Of a DNA stretch of 64,000 nt, positions 50,521-57,783 are shown piece after piece. The position numbers and the translations under genes were made by a program. The stretch lies in sequence record OR228459.1; one strand, 5' to 3'. Position 1 is the stretch's first letter, and every line of letters begins with the position of its first letter. The notes under the pieces are model-generated. The model did no database searches. It was not told where the DNA came from and saw only the letters and a program-made list of their open reading frames with translations.

Positions 50521-51251
50521 TAAATGAATCCTCCTTTTCTCATTAATGCACCACGTTTAAACGCATTCAAGTTGAATTCCTTCGTCATATAATCAGACGT
50601 TGGTTGTTCTTCGAGTTGAATTGTTACTGGTAGTTTTTGTGGAATCCAAACTTCATTTTCTTTGTTCATTAAACCACGTGCTCTTAGGTTATTAAAAAAT
50701 GCACGAGAATCTTTATCGGTTATATTGAACTTAGCTGTTATAGAATCCACTGGTACTTGAATGTATGGTACATCATTTTGGAAACTAAAGTTATAGGATT
50801 TGATAATAACTGGAATGTCATTATACATATATCGTCCGTAACCACTAAACAATAGAATTGGTGGTGGAGCACCAACAACCGCAACATCTGGGTTGTTTGC
50901 TACTGCTGCTTGACGACCAAAGTCCATTAGAGAAGATGCACGGATGAAGTTCATACATGCTAAGGTATACATCGCTTCAGTTGCAGTGCTGGAGTAGAAA
51001 TCTCCTTGTACTGAAATAATGGCATTAGATGTATTTTTGTAGTTGTTGTAGTTACTGTTACTATGCATCGTTTGTTGTGTTTCATAGCTTACAGAACGTT
51101 GTTCGCTAATAGTAGGTGTATAGTTCCAGACCATCCCATTAGTACTGCGAAGTATAGAGAGTAATGTTGGCTTACTTAAGTTACCACTATCACCATATAC
51201 GTAATTTTGAGCCGCTGGGCGTGGTCTCAATCTGATTCGACGGTCTATCAT
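50520..51251 (-). CDS. Baseplate/tube initiator protein (gp48/54-position)
   Basis: APPP.L.FSGYG.YMY..IPV.I.S.......DV.YI pattern; first gene of the baseplate operon. Confidence 0.55.
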   Translation of the reverse strand: MIDRRIRLRPRPAAQNYVYGDSGNLSKPTLLSILRSTNGMVWNYTPTISEQRSVSYETQQTMHSNSNYNNYKNTSNAIISVQGDFYSSTATEAMYTLACMNFIRASSLMDFGRQAAVANNPDVAVVGAPPPILLFSGYGRYMYNDIPVIIKSYNFSFQNDVPYIQVPVDSITAKFNITDKDSRAFFNNLRARGLMNKENEVWIPQKLPVTIQLEEQPTSDYMTKEFNLNAFKRGALMRKGGFI

Positions 51252-51280
51252 AAAAATTCTCCATAAAAAGACTTATAATA

Positions 51281-51288
51281 TATTTATA
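51281..51288 (-). promoter_or_regulatory. Late promoter TATAAATA
   Basis: Full T4 late consensus heading the baseplate operon. Confidence 0.75.
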
Positions 51289-51291
51289 AAT

Positions 51292-51321
51292 TTGGGACAA
51301 ACTGGAAAAATGTGATATAAT
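51292..51321 (+). promoter_or_regulatory. Early-type promoter, copy 4 (16-bp spacer)
   Basis: TTGGGACAAACTGGAAAAATGTGATATAAT. Confidence 0.8.
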
Positions 51322-51372
51322 AGTGAGGTGGGACACGGATCGTCTCATGAAATTTACATGGAGTGTTACAAT

Positions 51373-52218
51373 ATGATAACTAAACCGAAGCGTAAGAAGT
51401 ACTTGAATAACGCTGACTTACTAAGAGAGATACATCTCAGTAAAATGTCGTACTGCTGGCTTATTGATGAGTGTTACAGTATGTATGATTATATCGTTTT
51501 TGATGTAGAAGAGATTGATGAGGAACTACTAGAAAAAGCTAGTGCCGCACGAATCAAACGTCTAAACAATGAAACAGTGGAAGAGATTAGGGCAAAAGAA
51601 GGGCTATCAACGAAGAAAGCCAAAGAAGCTGCTGATGCACGTGGTCTTATCCTTACATCCGTTCCCATTGATGAAGTTGTTATACGGGTCATCACCGATG
51701 AGCATATCCCGGAAGAAAAAGGCGTCAAAATTCGTGTCAACTTCGAACCATTCAAACATTACATCGTAGACGAAGATTCCACGTTATATGAAGTTGCTCG
51801 TTCTCACTGGATCGGTGATACCGATAGCGGTGAATTCTGTATGACACACGGACGAATGACTAATGAACTTGGAAAGATGTTCATCAAACTTGCAGAAGAA
51901 ATATCCCATAAAACTAACTACCGAAATTATACGTACTTAGATGAAATGATGGGTGATGCAAGAATCCAACTAGTTAAAAATGCTTTACTCTTTAAAGAAA
52001 GTATTTTATACAAAAAAGATAAACCTGCCGTTCAACTAAATCCTTTTTCTTACTATACATCATTTGTTAATAACGCATTCCGTTCAGTATTAAACACTGA
52101 AAAGAATGTACGCAATATTCGTGATGACTTACTCGAATTAAACGGGTTTACACCTAGTCATACACGACAAATTGAAATTGAAATGAAAATGATGGAAGGT
52201 AAAAATGGCTCTATTTGA
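51373..52218 (+). CDS. gp55: Late-transcription sigma factor (T4 gp55-like)
   Basis: YLNNADLL.EI, ELG.MF.KLAE..S...NY.NYTY.DEM..DA, NPFSYYT....NAF. Start placed at ATG 51373 after GGAG, since GTG 51328 lies at the predicted TSS. Confidence 0.85.
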   Translation: MITKPKRKKYLNNADLLREIHLSKMSYCWLIDECYSMYDYIVFDVEEIDEELLEKASAARIKRLNNETVEEIRAKEGLSTKKAKEAADARGLILTSVPIDEVVIRVITDEHIPEEKGVKIRVNFEPFKHYIVDEDSTLYEVARSHWIGDTDSGEFCMTHGRMTNELGKMFIKLAEEISHKTNYRNYTYLDEMMGDARIQLVKNALLFKESILYKKDKPAVQLNPFSYYTSFVNNAFRSVLNTEKNVRNIRDDLLELNGFTPSHTRQIEIEMKMMEGKNGSI

Positions 52219-53236
52219 TAAAGCAGTAACTTTTACTGATATTCATCTAGGATTGAAGAATAATAGTAAAGAACATAATATAGATTGCGTTAACTTCATA
52301 AAATTCATGATCAATGAAGCCAAAGAACGTGATATTAAAGTTTGCATTTTTATGGGAGACTTTTTCCATAATAGAAGTAATGTCAATATTAGTACACTAA
52401 ACTACGGTTTAGAAATAATGAACTTACTAAATGACAACTTCGAACAAACATACTTTCTAGTAGGCAACCATGATATGTATCACAAGAATAAACGTGATAT
52501 TACAAGCATTAACATGGCAAAGTCTTTTGCAAATATAAATTTTATTAACAAAATGACAACAATAGATGATTGTACTTTCATCCCTTTTATGATAGACGAT
52601 GAGTATTTGCAATTACCGAAACTAACCAGCAAATATGTTTTTGGTCACCTCGAATTACCCGGTTACCTACTAAACAAAATGGTTGAAATGCCAAATCATG
52701 GTAAAGAAACACAAGAATCTTTCAATGGTTGTGAATATGTCTTTAGTGGTCACTTCCACAAACGACAATCAAAAATCACACCAACTGGTACACGAATTAT
52801 CTATACTGGTAACTGTTTCCCACATAACTTCTCAGATACATGGGATGATGCACGTGGTATCATGTTTTTAGAACATAACAAAGAACCACAATTCAAAGCA
52901 TGGGATAATGCACCAAAGTATAGAACTTTCACTCTTTCGGAAATGCTAAATGAACCGTCATACTACATTCAAGATAATGTAATTGCTAAAGTTCAAATAG
53001 ATATTCCAGTAACAATGAATGAAATTGGCTACATTCGTGAAGTATTCAGTAAGCTATACAATATTCGTGAATTCAATATTGTGAATAGTAAGAAAGCTCT
53101 ACAAGAAAGTTTAGAATATGGTGAAGTGGAAACCTCCACAGAATCAGTAGATGAAATTGTACTAAAACAAATTCAAGAGATCGATTCACCTATGTTTGAC
53201 AAAAATCTACTAATGCAAATTTATACATCACTTTAA
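52205..53236 (+). CDS. gp47: Recombination nuclease subunit (T4 gp47, Mre11/SbcD-like)
   Basis: FTDIHLG, GDFFHNR, VGNHD, FGHLEL, SGHFHKR. Confidence 0.93.
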   Translation: MALFDKAVTFTDIHLGLKNNSKEHNIDCVNFIKFMINEAKERDIKVCIFMGDFFHNRSNVNISTLNYGLEIMNLLNDNFEQTYFLVGNHDMYHKNKRDITSINMAKSFANINFINKMTTIDDCTFIPFMIDDEYLQLPKLTSKYVFGHLELPGYLLNKMVEMPNHGKETQESFNGCEYVFSGHFHKRQSKITPTGTRIIYTGNCFPHNFSDTWDDARGIMFLEHNKEPQFKAWDNAPKYRTFTLSEMLNEPSYYIQDNVIAKVQIDIPVTMNEIGYIREVFSKLYNIREFNIVNSKKALQESLEYGEVETSTESVDEIVLKQIQEIDSPMFDKNLLMQIYTSL

Positions 53237-53247
53237 TGGAGTAAAGA

Positions 53248-55404
53248 ATGTTAACCATCAAAAAAATAACAATGAGAAACTTCTTCTCATTCGGGAATGC
53301 CCCACAAGAACTTGAATTTCAAGGAAAAGATATCTCACTTGTACTAGGACAGAATAACGATGTTGTAGTTGATGGTGGTGATAGTACTGGTAGACGTAAC
53401 GGTGTTGGTAAATCAGCACTTATTCAAGGTCTTGTATTTGGTTTGTATGGTAAAAGCATTGGTAATGATATTAAAATACCTAACCTAGTAAACAAAATTA
53501 ATACCAAATACTGTGAAGTTACGGTAGAATTTGAAAAGAACGGTGTTGAGTACAGAATTGAACGTGGGAGAAGTCCCACGTATTTTAATTTTCTTACACT
53601 AAAGGATGGAGTCGTCGTAGAAGATGATTCTAGAGGTGAAAAGAAAGATACTCAAGAAGAACTAAATGAAATTCTAGGTATTTCTCAAACTCTTTTCGAA
53701 CACATTGTAGTACTAAATGCTAACGTAGACCCTTTCCTATCACTAAGTGCACAAAAGCAACGTGATATGATTGAAGAACTACTTGGTATTACACAATTGA
53801 CAGAAAAAGCTGAACTTCTAAAGGATATGCAAAAGGATTCTAAGAAATTAGCAGAGCAAGAGAAGTTTAAAATCGATACATTACTTGCATCCAACGAAAG
53901 AATCCAAAAAAGTATTGAGAATCTTCAAGTACAAGCAAATACATTTGAAACTAATAAGCAAAATAAGATTGGTAGTCTTAAAACACAGCTTAAAGAGTTT
54001 GATTTTGCAGATAAATTTGGGTTTGAAGCACTCTATGAGAGTGCTAAAGAAATGGAAGATGCAATTGAGCATAATAACAAGCGTTCTGTACTAGAAAATC
54101 GTTTGAATAGTCTAATGCAAAAGCGTGAACAATATGATCAACAACTATCAACAAACAAAAGCCTAATTCTACAGAAGATTAATGAGCTAAAAGCCATTGA
54201 TATTGAAGCGGAGTTGAAACAACACGACGAACTAGAAATGTGGCATCAGTTAGAAGATATTCTAAAGACCAATATGAATACTAAAATGTTCAAAGAGCAG
54301 TCTATAAGACAAAGTAAGTCTGAATTGGAACGTCTCAAAAACTCATTGACGAAAGAAAATGAGAAATTATCTACAATTGAAGATAGTAAGTGTCCAATGT
54401 GTAATAGTACTTTAGAAAATGACCATAATCATTCAGAAATGGTCTCTAAAATTAATAACACAATTGAAGAACTAACTTCACAGATTTTACAGACCGAATA
54501 TAAGATTTCTACAACACTAGAAGAGATTGATGAACTCGAAATATTCGAAATGCCACCAAAACCTACCACGAAATATGCGACTCAAGCAGAAGCTAAACTT
54601 CACGAGCATAAACTATCTGAATATTTGAAAAAGTATGAAGAAGATGAAGTGAATATCTATGATGATGAGCTAGTCAGTACTTATACTGAATTGGAAGGTA
54701 TGGAATTAAAAGAGTATGATGTAGTATTCAGTACTCAAGAAGTTCAACAACTTGAAATGACATACAAATCTTTAAAAGAACAATTGGCACGTGAAGAATC
54801 TAATGATAACCCATATATTACACAAATAGAGACGTTAAAGACGGATTCTCTACAAGTGGTGGACTATAATCAATATAATGAGTTAGAAAAACTATCAACT
54901 CACCAAGATTTCCTAGTAAAACTACTACTTAATAAAGATTCTTATGTCCGTAAACGTATCATTGAGCAAAATATCTCGTATCTTAATAACAGATTGCAAT
55001 TTTACATTGAGCAATGTGACTCGGAGCACTTTGTGAAGTTCATGAATGACCTAAGCGTGGAGATTACACTCAATGATCAGTCCTATGACTACAAACAATT
55101 GTCTCGTGGTGAGCGTACACGTGTAAACGTGGCCTTGTCATTGGCATTTAGGGACACCTATGAGTCATTATATCAAGGAATAAACCTAATTATGATTGAT
55201 GAGATGATTGATGTGGGTCTAGATCCATCTGGTGTATACCGTATGTGGACTATTTTCTCGGATTTAGCAGTAATTCAACGTAAAAACGTGTTTGTTATTT
55301 CCCACAAAGAAGAACTACTCAGTAAAACAGACAATATTCTTAAGATTGTCAAAGAAGATGGTTTTAGTACTATCGAATTAGCGTCACTCGATGACCTTTA
55401 TTAA
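53248..55404 (+). CDS. gp46: Recombination ATPase subunit (T4 gp46, Rad50/SbcC-like)
   Basis: Walker A NGVGKS, coiled coils, zinc hook CPMC, signature LSRGE, Walker B IDE, VISH. Confidence 0.93.
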   Translation: MLTIKKITMRNFFSFGNAPQELEFQGKDISLVLGQNNDVVVDGGDSTGRRNGVGKSALIQGLVFGLYGKSIGNDIKIPNLVNKINTKYCEVTVEFEKNGVEYRIERGRSPTYFNFLTLKDGVVVEDDSRGEKKDTQEELNEILGISQTLFEHIVVLNANVDPFLSLSAQKQRDMIEELLGITQLTEKAELLKDMQKDSKKLAEQEKFKIDTLLASNERIQKSIENLQVQANTFETNKQNKIGSLKTQLKEFDFADKFGFEALYESAKEMEDAIEHNNKRSVLENRLNSLMQKREQYDQQLSTNKSLILQKINELKAIDIEAELKQHDELEMWHQLEDILKTNMNTKMFKEQSIRQSKSELERLKNSLTKENEKLSTIEDSKCPMCNSTLENDHNHSEMVSKINNTIEELTSQILQTEYKISTTLEEIDELEIFEMPPKPTTKYATQAEAKLHEHKLSEYLKKYEEDEVNIYDDELVSTYTELEGMELKEYDVVFSTQEVQQLEMTYKSLKEQLAREESNDNPYITQIETLKTDSLQVVDYNQYNELEKLSTHQDFLVKLLLNKDSYVRKRIIEQNISYLNNRLQFYIEQCDSEHFVKFMNDLSVEITLNDQSYDYKQLSRGERTRVNVALSLAFRDTYESLYQGINLIMIDEMIDVGLDPSGVYRMWTIFSDLAVIQRKNVFVISHKEELLSKTDNILKIVKEDGFSTIELASLDDLY

Positions 55405-55408
55405 CACT

Positions 55409-55435
55409 AAAGGGAGCTATTAGCTCCCTTTTTTT
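55409..55435. terminator. Bidirectional terminator overlapping the endonuclease VII stop
   Basis: AAAGGGAGCTA-T-TAGCTCCCTTTTTTT. Confidence 0.8.
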
Positions 55436-55911
55436 ATATTAAGCATTTTTAACTCACCAGATTTAATAAGTTTTCTGGCCTGATTACATCTTTTTTTAAC
55501 ATTACTCTCAGGAATAATATTAAAAGATTCTAAAATTTCACATTGTTGCTTTGCTGGTAAATTTTTAAACTTTTTAACATCAACTGATAATGCAGTGTGG
55601 TGAATAACTTGTTCACTTTCTGGTATATTATCATTTGATTCAATGTAGTCTGCTAAATTTCTCAGTACTTCATAAATTGGTTTATCAGTAAGATGACCCA
55701 AACAACGTTTAAAACTATTGACCACACGACCTTCCCACCCATTGACCTCATTTTGTAAAACTTGACGACAATGTTGATTGCCCCCATGATAGTGATCAAG
55801 AACGGGTTTAGTAATTTTGATACCAATAATAGGATCTATGTGTTTTTGTAATTTTAAAAGCTCATTTCGGTAATTAGCTGCATCCTTACTGTCTTTCAAT
55901 CGTCTTTTCAT
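55420..55911 (-). CDS. gp49: Recombination endonuclease VII (Holliday junction resolvase, T4 gp49-like)
   Basis: LDHYH and N..EG catalytic pattern, overall layout like T4 EndoVII, L.NL..Y; Zn-binding cysteines absent. Confidence 0.75.
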   Translation of the reverse strand: MKRRLKDSKDAANYRNELLKLQKHIDPIIGIKITKPVLDHYHGGNQHCRQVLQNEVNGWEGRVVNSFKRCLGHLTDKPIYEVLRNLADYIESNDNIPESEQVIHHTALSVDVKKFKNLPAKQQCEILESFNIIPESNVKKRCNQARKLIKSGELKMLNIKKGS

Positions 55912-55919
55912 ATATACCT

Positions 55920-55968
55920 TATAAATATCTTAGTATGAAATCAATAAAATAGATTTACAAGGTATTTA
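55920..55968. promoter_or_regulatory. Face-to-face late promoters
   Basis: TATAAATA on plus (55920-55927) and TAAATA on minus (55963-55968). Confidence 0.55.
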
Positions 55969-56924
55969 TGATGAAAACTAAAACTCAAAACTTTATAGAA
56001 AAATCACAAAAGATACATGGGAGATTATATGACTATACCAAAGTTGTTTATGAAAATGCTAAAAGTAAAGTATTGATAGGATGCAAAAAACACGGATATT
56101 ATTATATAACACCCAATAAACATTTAAATGGGGCGGGTTGTCAGTCTTGTTCAAAAGAAAATAGAGTTAAATTGAAGACTAAATCTAAAAAAGATTTCGT
56201 AAATGATGCCAACATAAAACATGAACAAAAATATGATTACAGTTTAGTATCTGAAAATATTAAAAGAAGTGATCGTGTTGAGATAATTTGTGCCAAACAT
56301 GGAATATTTGAACAAACTGCACAAAATCATTTACAAGGTCAAGGTTGTCCACAATGTGGTTTAAAAACGAGAATTTCTAAACGAACTTTAAGTTCTGAAG
56401 AATTTATAAATCGTGCATCATCATTACATGACAATTTTTATGATTATTCAAAAACAATATATACTGGAATGTATAATGAAATAGAAGTTATATGTCCAAA
56501 TCATGGGAATTATCATATTCTTCCAGTAAAGCACTTACATCGTAAACAAGGTTGTCCAGAATGTTCGAAAGTAATGACTAAATCAAAAGCCGTAATTGAA
56601 ATTTGTAAGTTTTTTGATTCTAATGGGATACGCTACATTGAAGAATATAAAATCAACGAATGTAGAAATATTCACCCGTTGCCTTTTGATTTTTATCTAA
56701 TAGATTATGATATACTTATTGAATATGATGGAATACAACATTTTAAACCTATAGAATATTTTGGTGGACAACAAGGATTAGATGAACAGCAATATAATGA
56801 TAATATAAAAAATGAATATTGTAAAAGTACAGATAAGATTCTACTTAGAATAAGGTATGATGAAAACTATCTTGAAAAAATAAAAGAGTTTCTTGATTCT
56901 TGGGACAAACAGCAAAAAGTGTGA
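55968..56924 (+). mobile_element. Putative free-standing (homing-type) endonuclease: three CxxHG...GCxxC zinc-ribbon repeats plus DUF559/Vsr-like PD-(D/E)xK domain
   Basis: Three YDY...C..HG...H...GC..C repeats; LPFDFY...LIEYDG.QHF; very low GC and TTA-rich codons unlike neighbours. Confidence 0.8.
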
Positions 56925-56930
56925 TATAAT
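56900..56930 (+). promoter_or_regulatory. Early-type promoter, copy 5, overlapping the endonuclease stop codon
   Basis: TTGGGACAAACAGCAAAAAGTGTGATATAAT; no protein gene follows. Confidence 0.85.
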
Positions 56931-56936
56931 ATAGAT

Positions 56937-57388
56937 ACAACTCAGTGTGGATGTGAAAGCATACAAATCAAACCTGATTCACTCGAAAATGTAGAGGACA
57001 GATGAGCAGACCACACGTGCGAAGTGCAAATGAGACCCGTTAGGAGATGGCATAGTTAGTACCACCCACGGCAATGCGGCACTATAAACAAGCGTGTTAA
57101 GCAGATTGACGCTTGCTAGATAGACATATGAGGGACGACCTTACCACATTGCTAAGGGAGTTCAATTTAAGGCTGGCTTTAGATCCGTCTTGAATTTGAA
57201 CAACATTAAGATTCGATTGTATGGATTTTAATGTATGCGTACTAAGACTACGACCGTTGCACATGACCGTGATAGAGAGAAACAGAGCAACCCGCTTTCG
57301 TTCTGACTTGTTCAGAAATTCACGATACAATAATTCCGATGCTATCAGCGTCAAGCAATATTCAGATCCTTAATTGGGTCTTTTTTAT
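56937..57388 (+). ncRNA. Candidate large structured non-coding RNA (~450 nt), family not recognised
   Basis: Strong promoter, ~43% GC by hand count, at least ten stems including GNRA loops and long-range helices, ends in hairpin plus T6, no plausible long ORF. Confidence 0.65.
57364..57388 (+). terminator. Intrinsic terminator closing the ncRNA candidate
   Basis: AGATCC-TTAATT-GGGTCT-TTTTTATT. Confidence 0.65.
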
Positions 57389-57392
57389 TGTC

Positions 57393-57570
57393 TTCATTCC
57401 CCGATGGGGGGATGAAATTGCCTCAACAAATCTCGTCAAGATATAAAAGTACAAATAATAAAATTCAATCATTAAAATGAATTGAAATTATGAATAACGA
57501 ATGAAATGAGTTATTCATAATTGAAAATTCTTAGACAATCGAAGATTGGCTAATCAACATAAATGATTAG
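57393..57570. repeat. Array of inverted repeats in AT-rich DNA
   Basis: TTCATTCCCC/GGGGGATGAA; TTCAAT/ATTGAA; perfect 13-bp AATTATGAATAAC/GTTATTCATAATT; CAATC-GAA-GATTG; CTAATCA/TGATTAG. Confidence 0.85.
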
Positions 57571-57582
57571 AAATTTAGATAC

Positions 57583-57616
57583 AAAAAAAACCAGCAATAA
57601 ATGCTGGTTAGTTTTT
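57583..57616. terminator. Bidirectional terminator
   Basis: A-tract-AACCAGCA-ATAAA-TGCTGGTT followed by T-rich sequence. Confidence 0.75.
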
Positions 57617-57778
57617 ATTTTCTTTTGAAACTTTTTTGTTATATGCACGAACCAGAAGATCCCTTTCATTTGTTGGCATATTAAGTAGCATCTCATAGGA
57701 AGTGTTAGTGATATAGACAGATATTTCCATTAGAGCCGCTTTGATCTCTTTAACATTCAGTTCCATATCACTAAGCAC
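57608..57778 (-). CDS. Unannotated 56-aa ORF, T4 gp51-position; frame extends to 57826 and may be reached by -1 frameshift
   Basis: GTG-LSDMELNVKEIKAALMEISVYITNTSYEMLLNMPTNERDLLVRAYNKKVSKENKN; below the ORF track cutoff. Confidence 0.7.
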   Translation of the reverse strand: MLSDMELNVKEIKAALMEISVYITNTSYEMLLNMPTNERDLLVRAYNKKVSKENKN

Positions 57779-57783
57779 TTGTC

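Noticed and set aside
57002-57193. Mini-ORFs inside the RNA candidate (MSRPHVRSANETR, MA, MRDDLTTLLREFNLRLALDPS)
   Set aside because: SD spacing is too short or absent and there is no tmRNA-type tag; cannot be supported without ribosome profiling.
57270-57300. Weak resemblance to the RNase P 3' conserved region (ACAGA..ACCCG.CTT)
   Set aside because: The 5' GGAAAGTCC element and P4 pairing are missing.
57097-57354. 85-aa minus-strand ORF over the RNA candidate
   Set aside because: TTG start, no RBS or promoter, atypical codons; the region is better explained by RNA pairing on the plus strand.
57240-57450. Group I intron-like words (AGACTAC at ~57245, AAGATATA at ~57438)
   Set aside because: No TAGTC partner to form P7, the second word lies beyond the terminator, and no interrupted gene flanks the region.
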